Origin: an uncultured Nitrososphaeria archaeon
Lineage (GTDB): Archaea > Thermoproteota > Nitrososphaeria_A > Caldarchaeales > Wolframiiraptoraceae
NCBI GenBank assembly: GCA_964655015.1
Contig: CAZZKR010000011.1
Span: forward strand, 21,444 to 85,443
Reading direction: 5' to 3'
Length of the DNA: 64,000 nucleotides
Each line of letters opens with the position of its first letter. Position 1 is the first letter of the stretch. The translations under genes were made by a program, and so were the position numbers. A model generated the notes under the pieces. The model made no database searches and had not been told where the DNA came from. It saw only the letters and a list, made by a program, of their open reading frames with translations. Below, in pieces: positions 26,827 through 35,755 of the stretch.

Positions 26827-27828
26827 ATGAACAATCACATGTACACCACAGTGTTGCTGCTGTTTATTTCGTTTATTCTGTCTGCCCTCCTATCTTACGC
26901 ATTAGTGCCTTTTGTAAAGAATTTGGCCAAAAAGGCTAATCTATTCGGTGTTGACGTTCACAAAAGTTGGAGACCATTAATTCCGAAGATAGGAGGCATA
27001 GCGATTTTTGTTGGTGTTACAGTATCTATTCTGATAACGTCTTTTTTGTTTAACATGGTTGATAATAGGGTTTTAGCATTCATCATATCGACGGAATTGG
27101 CAGCAATTGTGGGTCTATGGGAGGATTTTAGGGAACTGAATCCGGTTTTAAAGCCAGTATTATTAGCGTTAGTAGGACTCCCGATAGTTTTTATGGGCGC
27201 TTACTACCCGTACCCGAATCTACCGTTTGTCGGTAAGAGAACGCTGACAATACTCTATCCGATACTCGTGCCCATAGCCTTCACGATAGTGACCAACGCC
27301 ATCAACAGTATGGATGTACTTAATGGCTCTATGACCTTCACATCACTTGTAGCTGCATCTACTATTTTTCTAATAACCTTGATTAAGGGTAACGTTCTTA
27401 CAGCTTATTTATGTGCTGCACTCCTAGGTTCCTTAACGGTCTTCGCATATTATAACAAGTATCCGGCAAAACTTTTCCCTGGAAACATAGGTAGCTTATA
27501 CGTTGGTGCCAGTTTAATATCCATAGCAATAATCGGCAGTGTTGAGATAGCTTTACTCGTAACAATACTTCCACAGATAACGAATGAGTTTCACATAATA
27601 TATTCTATGAGAGGTTTTAGGTCCGCAAAGAATTTATCCGAAAGACCCGTTTTTGTAGAAAACGATATGTTAACCGCAAACCCCTCAAAAAAAGCTCCTT
27701 TGACACTTGTAAGGATGCTTACATCCAAATGTAGTTTATCAGAAAGTGAAGCGGTAAATATGCTTGTTATCATTTCAATATTTTCTGCAATTCTCGCACT
27801 TATCACAGAGTTTTTCTTCATAAAGTGA
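26827..27828 (+). CDS. MraY/WecA-family polyprenyl-phosphate HexNAc-1-phosphate transferase (AglH-like)
   Basis: About 10 TM helices with NAINSMDVLNG motif. Confidence 0.75.
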   Translation: MNNHMYTTVLLLFISFILSALLSYALVPFVKNLAKKANLFGVDVHKSWRPLIPKIGGIAIFVGVTVSILITSFLFNMVDNRVLAFIISTELAAIVGLWEDFRELNPVLKPVLLALVGLPIVFMGAYYPYPNLPFVGKRTLTILYPILVPIAFTIVTNAINSMDVLNGSMTFTSLVAASTIFLITLIKGNVLTAYLCAALLGSLTVFAYYNKYPAKLFPGNIGSLYVGASLISIAIIGSVEIALLVTILPQITNEFHIIYSMRGFRSAKNLSERPVFVENDMLTANPSKKAPLTLVRMLTSKCSLSESEAVNMLVIISIFSAILALITEFFFIK

Positions 27829-27829
27829 G

Positions 27830-28129
27830 ATGAGCACCATGTCGAATATGAAAGATAAAATCTTCACGATATGCATGCTCACCACCTTCCTACTTATCGT
27901 GTGGGGTATGTTCCTTTGCGTACTTTATTTGATGTCAGTTTTTGTAATCCCGCTGAGCGTACCGCACCACGAACCTCTACTAATTTCGATATACAGGATT
28001 GGTATGGCTTTCCTAGTCCTTATAGCTTGGGTCGTTATATGGCATAGGCTTGCGATATTCTGGTTATATAGGATTTTGAGGAGGAGTAACGGACATGGTG
28101 TGTCTAGACAGAACGATAGTTCAAGTTGA
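27830..28129 (+). CDS. small membrane protein (99 aa, 2-3 TM)
   Basis: Hydrophobic ORF starting one nucleotide after the upstream gene's last base. Confidence 0.4.
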   Translation: MSTMSNMKDKIFTICMLTTFLLIVWGMFLCVLYLMSVFVIPLSVPHHEPLLISIYRIGMAFLVLIAWVVIWHRLAIFWLYRILRRSNGHGVSRQNDSSS

Positions 28130-29261
28130 TGTTTCCGTTAATGGTATACCGACAGCCGTCAAGATGGCAAACTCGGGATATAAGGTGACTTTAGCTACAA
28201 CTAGTGATTATGTCGCATCCCAGTTGAGGGAGTACCGACCGTCATTACATAGAGTACCCAAGCCGATTTTCACGAAACTCTTATTAGAAGGAGCACTTAC
28301 AGTAACGACAGATTTAGAAAACGCCTTAGCATCATCAAAAACCGTACTTGTAACGACTCATGCACTGGGAAGTGAAGAGAAAATAAAAAATGTAATAAAT
28401 CTCTTTAAGCAAATAGCGCCCTATATACTACCAAACTCTTTACTAATTTACGGCGGGCTAGCTCCTCCAGGAACAATGGAAGAAATTGTAAACATACTTG
28501 ATAAATATTCGCGATTCGACGTGAAGAAGGAAATTAACGTAACCCTAGTTACACCTTTGGATGCCCAAACAGAAGCATACATAATATGCTCGCCTAACTT
28601 TGAAGCGGCCAACCTCACGAAGGAATTCATGTCAATTTTTATCCCATTGGACATGATAAGGTTGTGTAACAGATTTAGGGAGGCAGAGATAGCTAATTTG
28701 CTACTTGTAGCAAAACGGACAATCACGAAGGCACTATCATCTTACGCTTTGTTGATGTTTAAACAAATGGATATTGACATCAAAAATGCTTTGAACTTTT
28801 CTGGATGTAAAGCGGCAACGGCAATAGGAGACGATCCAGTGTCCGAAATGGTGATAAATTATTTGATGTCTGAAGAGAGAAGATTGCCACAAAGATTGAC
28901 GTTCATGCGTAATATTACTCGGATGAGAAGGTTGTTGTTGGAAGCAATCGCTACGAACCTTAAGCGGGAAATTAAGTCAGCATCAAAAAAGAGTAAAGAT
29001 TTAAGGATTGCATGCGTTTTTGAACGGGAATCCGATAAGGAGCTAGTAAATATCATATTACCAAAAAAGGGAGTTAAAGTTCATTTTTATAGCGTAGACG
29101 AGATTGAATCAAGAGTTAATGCAAGTATAGAGAAAGTAATTCCGTTTAACGCAAATCTAATAATTTTAGCGGCACGGCCACAAAGCATCTCAGAGCAGAT
29201 GGTGCATAAGTTGGAGGAAGAAGCCAAACTCATAAATTTAGGTTGCATCGTTTCCATTTAA
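28095..29261 (+). CDS. UDP-sugar (UDP-Glc/ManNAc) dehydrogenase-like protein with degenerate NAD and catalytic motifs
   Basis: Collinear with the family (GIPTAVKMANSGYKV; REAEIANLLLVAKR like the AE..K...N motif). The GxGxxG is replaced by VSVNGI, and no GGxCxxKD catalytic cysteine motif is present. Start uncertain. Confidence 0.5.
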   Translation: MVCLDRTIVQVDVSVNGIPTAVKMANSGYKVTLATTSDYVASQLREYRPSLHRVPKPIFTKLLLEGALTVTTDLENALASSKTVLVTTHALGSEEKIKNVINLFKQIAPYILPNSLLIYGGLAPPGTMEEIVNILDKYSRFDVKKEINVTLVTPLDAQTEAYIICSPNFEAANLTKEFMSIFIPLDMIRLCNRFREAEIANLLLVAKRTITKALSSYALLMFKQMDIDIKNALNFSGCKAATAIGDDPVSEMVINYLMSEERRLPQRLTFMRNITRMRRLLLEAIATNLKREIKSASKKSKDLRIACVFERESDKELVNIILPKKGVKVHFYSVDEIESRVNASIEKVIPFNANLIILAARPQSISEQMVHKLEEEAKLINLGCIVSI

Positions 29262-29339
29262 GCTATTCTAGAAACGTAGAATGCATCTTCTACTTTTCGA
29301 ATGAATAACACTTAAAAAGCAATCGCACGGAAGAGTGAT

Positions 29340-30329
29340 ATGTCCGTGGGAATGCGAGAGATTAATGTTGCAATAATTGGTGCAGGTTTTTGGGGCAGAA
29401 ATCATGCGAGGGTACTTAAAGAGATATCTGGTGTTAAGTTAACCCACGTTTGCGATATAGATATAAACAGAGCAAAGGAATTGGCGTTGAGGTACGGGAT
29501 TCCAAAATACACGACAAACTATAAGGAAGTTCTATCCGACGACGTCGATGCGGTTATTATATGTACACCATCAACCACTCATGCTGAGATAGCTCTTGCG
29601 GTTATAAGGGAAGAAAAGCATGTTTTAATAGAGAAACCTATGGCTACCACGATAAGGCAGGCGGAGGACATAGTCGCTGAAGCAAGACGTAATAAGAGTA
29701 TGGTGATGGTCGGTTTCATAGAAAGGTTTAATCCAGCAGTCGAGTTAGGAAAGGAACTAATAGAAAACGGCGAGATAGGCCGTATCATACTCTCCTATAG
29801 CAAGAGAATAGGTAGCTGGCCTGAAAGGATAGGTGACATAGGTGTCGTGAAAGATACGGCTATACATGACATAGACTTGGCAATGTATATATTTAATGCT
29901 GAACCAATCAGTGTATATGCTAAGGGAGGCTCCATAAAGCATAAACTCGAGGACCATGTTCAAGCCGTTTTATCATTTGAGGGTAACAAGAGCGCATTGA
30001 TAGAGGCCAATTGGCTTACGCCTAGGAAGAAGCGTGAAATGCATATAACCGGCGAGGATGGTGTTATTAGCATACAGTTCATTTTAAGAGAGATTGTCGT
30101 GGAAAAGGCTGAAGGTAGCAGATCCCCGATGGTGAAGCAGGTTGAACCCCTAATGGCAGAGGTGCAGTATTTTATAAACTGTATCAGAAACGATGAGAAA
30201 CCGTTAGTCAGTGAAGTTGAAGGATTAAAGGCTACACTCGTTGCAGAGGCTATACTCGAGTCCATGAAGACGGGAGCTGTTGTGAACCTAGAAGAGTTTA
30301 AAGATAGGGAGTTGACTATAACAATCTAA
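29340..30329 (+). CDS. Gfo/Idh/MocA-family NAD(P)-dependent sugar oxidoreductase
   Basis: IIGAGFWGRNHA Rossmann motif and VLIEKPMA motif. Confidence 0.8.
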   Translation: MSVGMREINVAIIGAGFWGRNHARVLKEISGVKLTHVCDIDINRAKELALRYGIPKYTTNYKEVLSDDVDAVIICTPSTTHAEIALAVIREEKHVLIEKPMATTIRQAEDIVAEARRNKSMVMVGFIERFNPAVELGKELIENGEIGRIILSYSKRIGSWPERIGDIGVVKDTAIHDIDLAMYIFNAEPISVYAKGGSIKHKLEDHVQAVLSFEGNKSALIEANWLTPRKKREMHITGEDGVISIQFILREIVVEKAEGSRSPMVKQVEPLMAEVQYFINCIRNDEKPLVSEVEGLKATLVAEAILESMKTGAVVNLEEFKDRELTITI

Positions 30330-30358
30330 AGTTTATACGTGAACATGAAGGTGGTTTT

Positions 30359-31402
30359 ATGTCTAAGGAATTACGGACAGTTTTTTGGAAAGGTACGCAG
30401 GTCAAGCTCATAGACCAAAGAAAACTTCCATCAAAGTTGGTCTACATCAGTTGCAGGAACTACAGAGAAGTCGCCGCTGCTATTAAAAACATGACGGTCA
30501 GGGGTGCTCCGGCTATAGGTGTAGCCGCGGCAATGGGTATGGCATTGGCGGCTAAGAGTAGCAAAGGTAAGAGTATGGAGAAGCTCATGTCAGAGCTGGA
30601 GAAAGCAAAAAACGTCCTAGCATCAACAAGACCTACGGCCATAAACCTTTACTGGGCACTCGAAAGAATCATGAAAGTCGCTAGGGAAGCAGCTAAGAGT
30701 GGAGATACCGAAAAAGTCATCTTGAGTGTGCTGGAAGAAGCTAAGAAGATGGCGGATGAGGATGTAGAAACAAATAAGGCTATAGGAAAACACGGCTCTA
30801 CGTTAATAAAAGATGGTGATACTATACTAACGCATTGTAATGCTGGCTCCCTTGCAACTGTCGGTTATGGAACGGCCCTCGGTGTAATAAGAGCCGCATT
30901 CGAGGAAGGGAAATCTATCTCAGTCATAGCTACCGAGACTAGGCCTAAGTTACAAGGTGCAAGGCTGACTGCCTTTGAACTAAAAATGATGGGAATTCCG
31001 TTCAAACTCATCACGGATGGTATGGTGGGTTATGTTATGCAACAGGGTTTAGTAAATAAAGTTGTGGTCGGAGCCGACAGGATTCTAGCAAGAAGCGGTC
31101 ATGTTGTAAATAAAATAGGCACCCTCACGATAGCCATAGTAGCCAAACACTTTGGCATACCGTTCTATGTCGCCGCGCCTACCTCCACAATAGACTTTGA
31201 GAGTAAGCCAGAGGACGTTGTCATAGAGTTTAGGGACGAGAACGAAGTGCACTATATTGGTAGGGCAAGAATAACACCAAAAGGTGTAAGGGCCATAAAC
31301 CCAGCTTTCGACATGACACCACCTGAACTCATTACAGCAGTTATCACCGAGAAGGGAATATATGAACCATCTCGCCTTATGGAGCTTTACCACAATGCTT
31401 AG
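30359..31402 (+). CDS. eIF-2B alpha/beta/delta-family isomerase (methylthioribose-1-phosphate / ribose-1,5-bisphosphate isomerase)
   Basis: LIDQRKLP...VRGAPAIGVAAAMG pattern. 347 aa. Confidence 0.8.
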   Translation: MSKELRTVFWKGTQVKLIDQRKLPSKLVYISCRNYREVAAAIKNMTVRGAPAIGVAAAMGMALAAKSSKGKSMEKLMSELEKAKNVLASTRPTAINLYWALERIMKVAREAAKSGDTEKVILSVLEEAKKMADEDVETNKAIGKHGSTLIKDGDTILTHCNAGSLATVGYGTALGVIRAAFEEGKSISVIATETRPKLQGARLTAFELKMMGIPFKLITDGMVGYVMQQGLVNKVVVGADRILARSGHVVNKIGTLTIAIVAKHFGIPFYVAAPTSTIDFESKPEDVVIEFRDENEVHYIGRARITPKGVRAINPAFDMTPPELITAVITEKGIYEPSRLMELYHNA

Positions 31403-31533
31403 AATTAGTATAAAAAAAGATTGAGCGAGTAACCTCCAATTTAAGTGAGCCGAGGGTAGGCATATAAAATACGCAAGTGTCCAAACGAGCTTAATAAGTA
31501 AAACCTTTATCGCACAAAGAATTCTTTTTATTT

Positions 31534-31862
31534 GGTGGCGGCAGGTAGGGCCGGGGAGCTAGCCCTTCCCCCTTAGCTCGAAACGGGCTACATGCGAGGG
31601 CCAGATAACCTAGCGGGGTGTGGAGGGTTTGACAGGAGTGCAGGCCGGAAGGGGATATGAAGGTGCGCCTACGCGGGGTCCCGGAGGGATGCAGCCCCTC
31701 CGTAGGGAGGGGATAGGCATCCCTTGTGCGCCGAACCGTGTCAGGCTCGGGAGAGAGCAGCACTAAGGCGCAACGGCGCCGCTGCGTAGTACCGTACCTG
31801 ATTCTGCTTCCGGCAAATGCGCCTGTTGGGCCCTCTGCTACCCGCTGGGGGCTGCCGCCACC
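31534..31862 (+). ncRNA. signal recognition particle (7S) RNA
   Basis: Sharp GC-rich island. An 11-bp terminal helix is formed by GGTGGCGGCAG and CTGCCGCCACC. A helix-8-like motif GTCAGGCTCGGGAGAGAGCAGC lies about two thirds into the molecule on the plus strand. No RNase P motifs are present. Confidence 0.75.
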
Positions 31863-32078
31863 TATAAGCATTCGCTAAAAGTTTTACTTTTGCAGAGATT
31901 CTTAACTCGTCAGTTTAGCTTAGGGATATATAGAATGAAGGTGATTTGAACTAATGTCAGAAATTCACTGTAAACGCGTACTCTAACAAGAACCTGATCA
32001 ACTAATCGAACTCTAAAAACATAGAATACGTGTTCCAACTCCTTGAAATAAAAAAATATTTTAGCCACTCGCTGGGTA

Positions 32079-32447
32079 TTGATTTTGAAGATGAACGGTT
32101 TTCGTGACCTTATGAGAATAGGCATCCTTTTAATAGGTATATCGGCTATAATCATGGCATCGCTCGCCACGCATGTCTATTTGACACATTTCGTCAGACA
32201 GCAACCGCCTTTAACAGTCTACTGCTCTGATATGGCGATAATCATCACGGCAGGAAAGGAGTTAAGGGACGTCAGGATATTAGATAACAGGTCGTCAACA
32301 CTGCATACGTTTCCAAGAATACCTGCCGGATCCCAAGAGTTTTTCATCGTCCCCTCACAGGGCGTTTATGCTGTCCAAGCTAATGACTACAAAGTCGTAG
32401 TCCACTGCGTAAAACCACAGGTAATGCCACCACCAATGTATGATTAA
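32079..32447 (+). CDS. hypothetical membrane-anchored protein (122 aa)
   Basis: N-terminal TM followed by a small domain. ORF only. Confidence 0.3.
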   Translation: MILKMNGFRDLMRIGILLIGISAIIMASLATHVYLTHFVRQQPPLTVYCSDMAIIITAGKELRDVRILDNRSSTLHTFPRIPAGSQEFFIVPSQGVYAVQANDYKVVVHCVKPQVMPPPMYD

Positions 32448-32537
32448 AAACGTTTGGAGCAAATTCTTTCTCTGCCCCCTCTAAATTATTGATAGGACGT
32501 TCGAATGTTTAGAAATATAGGTGAGCTTTTGTAGTAT

Positions 32538-33152
32538 GTGGATAGGTGTTTGGTGTTGAAGGGTATTTGGAAAGCAATGTTTCCGGTAATCGTCATGGCG
32601 ACGGCAGTCATGCTATATGTGGTCGGTGCCTTACCGATTCAATTGTTCGAAAATCCACAAACGATTACTGAACTCAAGCCGCAACTAAACTACAGCGTTA
32701 TTTCAGCATGTTGTCCTACATTGTATGAAGGTGTTGAGACTGATCAGGTCTCACTAGATGTTAAGGAAGGCTATATCCGCTTGGAGCACACCATACTTTA
32801 CCCCTGTTGCGCGGAGTTTAGTGTCGTTCTTGACGAAAAATCTCTTGAACAGGGTGTAATAGTAATCAAAGAGAAGAACGTGGGTGAGATATGCAGATGC
32901 ATATGCCAATACGTTATTGACATTCAAGTTGGGCCATTGTCAAAAGGAAAGTACCTCATTCAGATATGGGGAGTAGAGTTCCAAGACCAAGAACCATTCT
33001 TACGATGGACTGGAGAGGCGTTTATTGGAAGCGAAAAAGTTTGTAAGAATATGTGCGGCGACGGTGTTTGTCAAGAGGTCGTTTGCATGGCCGTCGGTTG
33101 CCCTTGCCCAGAAACTCCAGATACTTGTCCCATAGATTGCAAAAAAGGATGA
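32538..33152 (+). CDS. secreted/membrane-anchored cysteine-rich protein
   Basis: N-terminal hydrophobic anchor and many Cys residues. C-terminal CGDGVCQE..C..GCPCPETPDTCPIDC motif. Confidence 0.4.
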   Translation: MDRCLVLKGIWKAMFPVIVMATAVMLYVVGALPIQLFENPQTITELKPQLNYSVISACCPTLYEGVETDQVSLDVKEGYIRLEHTILYPCCAEFSVVLDEKSLEQGVIVIKEKNVGEICRCICQYVIDIQVGPLSKGKYLIQIWGVEFQDQEPFLRWTGEAFIGSEKVCKNMCGDGVCQEVVCMAVGCPCPETPDTCPIDCKKG

Positions 33153-33216
33153 GAATCCATAAAAACCTTTAAAGAAAGTATAAATTGACAAAACATAAAG
33201 ATTGTTAGAAAGAAAG

Positions 33217-33708
33217 ATGTCCGAAGATGCATCAAAAGAATTAGAATTTCTTAGAGAGAAGCTGGAGACACTTGAGAAGGAGAATGAAAAATTAAGAAAC
33301 GATTATCTATACTTGGCGGCAGAACTTGACAACCTTAGGAAGTACATGGTAAAGGAGATAGAAAGAACGAGGAGAATTGCTGTTGAGGGAATACTCATAA
33401 AGTTGATAAATGTTTATGAAGCAATAGAGAGGGCTACAGAATCTTGTAACGAACAACAATCGCCCTTGCTTGAAGGGTTAAAACTCATCGGCAAGGATGT
33501 TCTGAAAATTCTAGAAGAAGCAGGCGTAAAGAGAATGGAAGTTATCGGAAAGAAGTTTGACCCATTTCTTCACGAGGCGATAGAGCAAGTCGAGACGGAC
33601 AATGTAGAAGATGGTACAATTATAGAAGAGGTTACGAAAGGTTATATGCTTGATGATAAAGTTTTGAGACCCCCTAAAGTAAAGGTAGCTAAGAGTAAGA
33701 AAGCGTGA
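33217..33708 (+). CDS. grpE: nucleotide exchange factor GrpE
   Basis: Long N-terminal coiled coil (LRNDYLYLAAELDNLRK) and a C-terminal beta domain. ATG at 33217 is preferred over TTG at 33202. Confidence 0.85.
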   Translation: MSEDASKELEFLREKLETLEKENEKLRNDYLYLAAELDNLRKYMVKEIERTRRIAVEGILIKLINVYEAIERATESCNEQQSPLLEGLKLIGKDVLKILEEAGVKRMEVIGKKFDPFLHEAIEQVETDNVEDGTIIEEVTKGYMLDDKVLRPPKVKVAKSKKA

Positions 33709-33715
33709 AAATGGT

Positions 33716-34075
33716 ATGCCGATATTCGTCGTTCATGAACATCATGCGAAGAGAGCAGGTCTCCACTATGACTTAAGGCTGGAGATGGATGGTGTTCTGA
33801 AGTCTTGGGCATTCAGGAAGGAACTTCCGACAGAAAAGGGTGTGAAAAGGCTTGGTATACAGCAGGAAGATCATGAGCTTGAGTATGCCTCATTCGAAGG
33901 AGAAATATTAGAGGGATACGGTGCCGGGAAGGTGTTAATATGGGATAAAGGTCACTATGAAATCTTAGAACACATTCCGGATGAGAAGATCGTTTGCATG
34001 TTAAATGGTTCCAAACTTAAGGGCAAATACGTTTTGTTGAAAATAAAAACGGGATGGTTGTTTTTTAAGGTTTAA
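33716..34075 (+). CDS. stand-alone LigD-type 3'-phosphoesterase domain protein
   Basis: FVVHEHHAKRAGLHYDLRLE signature. 119 aa, with no ligase or polymerase domain. Confidence 0.75.
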   Translation: MPIFVVHEHHAKRAGLHYDLRLEMDGVLKSWAFRKELPTEKGVKRLGIQQEDHELEYASFEGEILEGYGAGKVLIWDKGHYEILEHIPDEKIVCMLNGSKLKGKYVLLKIKTGWLFFKV

Positions 34076-34113
34076 CGAATGCTTATTAGTTCTTTAATAG
34101 GTATTAAAAGTGC

Positions 34114-34911
34114 ATGAGTGGGTTGATACGTGAACTTGTTGAAGTTTTATCTGCTAAGTTTCAGAATGAGTGTTTAGAAGACGTAAGGGTCGGAATATTT
34201 TATACTGGCGTGAAGCTTAGCACGGGCCACGGCGGTGTATCCTACACCATGATTAGGAACCTCACAAAGAGTGTATGTTGCCCAGAAATTTCTATGGCTG
34301 GTGAGATTGCTGGTATGAGGGTTAGCGATGCCATTAAATTAGCAGAAGAAGGGGATACAATATCATCAGCAATCGGTATAGCTACAATAAATGCTGCATC
34401 TCAGTCATTAATATTCGGTGAAATGAAAAATCGCTACAACATCGTCATTGGTCGTGATGCTCTGGACCTAATCAGTATAAAACCCTCTGATAAAGTCGTC
34501 ATGATAGGAGCCTTTCCACCATACGTCAAAAAGTTAATGCAGAATGTAAGAAGCTTAACAGTTTTTGATGATAATAAGTCGGCCTTGATGGAGTTAGGTT
34601 TACCAACAGATCCTGGAGTAACTCTTGAAAGTTCATTGAAAGATGCATCCGTCGCTATAATTACCGGTTCAGCATTTGTGAACAAGACGATAGAGGGACT
34701 TCTCGACCTCACAAGCAACGCGAGGGAGGTCTTGGTAATCGGTCCGACGGCTAGCATGCTGCCAGACCCGCTTTTCAAGCGCGGTGTAACCGCAGTCGGT
34801 GGCATTAAGATAACGGACGTCGGAAAGATGCTAAGGATCGTAAGCGAGGCCGGAGGGACTCGGGCGCTTTTTAAAACTTGCGCCGAGAAGTACACAATAT
34901 TAAAGGGTTGA
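34114..34911 (+). CDS. DUF4213/DUF364-family protein (putative chelatase-like Rossmann domain)
   Basis: Pattern VRVGIFYTGVKLSTGHGGVSYT and the C-terminal Rossmann-like half resemble the family as I recall it. Confidence 0.6.
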   Translation: MSGLIRELVEVLSAKFQNECLEDVRVGIFYTGVKLSTGHGGVSYTMIRNLTKSVCCPEISMAGEIAGMRVSDAIKLAEEGDTISSAIGIATINAASQSLIFGEMKNRYNIVIGRDALDLISIKPSDKVVMIGAFPPYVKKLMQNVRSLTVFDDNKSALMELGLPTDPGVTLESSLKDASVAIITGSAFVNKTIEGLLDLTSNAREVLVIGPTASMLPDPLFKRGVTAVGGIKITDVGKMLRIVSEAGGTRALFKTCAEKYTILKG

Positions 34912-34914
34912 AGC

Positions 34915-35352
34915 ATGTCCGAGAAGAATGCTGAATATCAGCTTAAGGGAAAGACCGCCCAAGTTTACATGTTTTTGATAAAACACACAGGAATGCCAAT
35001 AGGTGTCAGGGAGGTCCAGAGAGCTTTAGGCTTCAGCAGTCCGAGCATAGCCCATTACCATCTAGAAAAGCTAGTTAGTATGGGACTCGTGAGAAGGACC
35101 GAAAGGGGCGAGTACGAAGTTGTCGAAGTCGTTAAGGTTGGTATGCTAAAGAACTTCGTCAGAATAGGTAGGCTCCTGATGCCTAGGTATGTATTCTATT
35201 CTGTTCTCTTGACCACGATGCTCTTCATTTATGTCTTGTTATATCCGCAGAATTTTTCAAGTCACAACATCATAGCCCTGACATTCGGCATAGTCAGCTG
35301 CTTAATACTTTGGTATGAAACATTTAGGGTTTGGAAGGAGTCTGAGTTGTAA
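34915..35352 (+). CDS. winged-helix DNA-binding protein with C-terminal TM helices
   Basis: wHTH (VREVQRALGFSSPSIAHYHLEKLVSMGLV) followed by two hydrophobic helices. Confidence 0.55.
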   Translation: MSEKNAEYQLKGKTAQVYMFLIKHTGMPIGVREVQRALGFSSPSIAHYHLEKLVSMGLVRRTERGEYEVVEVVKVGMLKNFVRIGRLLMPRYVFYSVLLTTMLFIYVLLYPQNFSSHNIIALTFGIVSCLILWYETFRVWKESEL

Positions 35353-35411
35353 ATGCTGAGCGTTCTAACTAATAGAATTATATTCAAAGAATTAATAGGG
35401 GTTGATGTGGA

Positions 35412-35663
35412 ATGAACGTCCTGGTAACTAAGATTGTGACGTTGGCGTTCTTGGCCGTAGCTTTAGGTGTTATGCTAACGTTATTACCATTAATCGTCCC
35501 AAAAAACGATATGGCTGTGAAATCTTTTGGCGAAGCGGAGCCGACGAGAGGATCCGTGGAACATCCAGGACCATCGGTCATAATTACGGCTACTTCGATA
35601 ATTGTTCCGGGGCTGATAGCAGGGTTTTTAGCCTTTATTTTGACGAAAAGATTCAGCCATTAA
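35412..35663 (+). CDS. small membrane protein (83 aa)
   Basis: Two hydrophobic helices. ORF only. Confidence 0.35.
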   Translation: MNVLVTKIVTLAFLAVALGVMLTLLPLIVPKNDMAVKSFGEAEPTRGSVEHPGPSVIITATSIIVPGLIAGFLAFILTKRFSH

Positions 35664-35755
35664 CTCTCTCTAGCGTAAGGTTTAATTTTTGCCTTTGATA
35701 CTCGCTACATTGGTCTTAGTAAATAACGCTTATCCTTTGTTTGGGGTGATGTATC

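Noticed and set aside
7758-31499. Identical 9-mer TTAATAAGT upstream of tRNA-Thr (7758-7766) and upstream of the SRP RNA (31491-31499), as a possible shared stable-RNA promoter element.
   Set aside because: It is simply TATA-box-like. For the SRP RNA it sits 35 nt from the terminal helix, which is longer than expected. Two occurrences are not enough to claim a motif.
31534-31862. Alternative identity of the GC-rich RNA as RNase P RNA, or the SRP RNA on the minus strand.
   Set aside because: No RNase P CR-I/CR-V-like motifs (GGAAAGUCC-type) were seen. The helix-8-like GUCAGG...GAGCAGC element lies at the expected two-thirds position only on the plus strand.
31491-31871. 126-aa minus-strand ORF covering the GC-rich island.
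   Set aside because: It coincides exactly with the SRP RNA gene. The Arg/Pro/Gly-rich translation is what a GC-rich structured RNA gives when translated. I treat it as spurious.
34434-34916. Many long antisense or shadow ORFs inside confidently assigned genes. Examples are 238-678, 1681-2031, 20046-20435, 34434-34916, 36547-36921, 46318-46743, 49715-50131 and 50719-51015.
   Set aside because: Each lies fully within a strongly supported gene on the opposite strand or in another frame, and each has low-complexity or Ser/Pro/Leu-rich translations.
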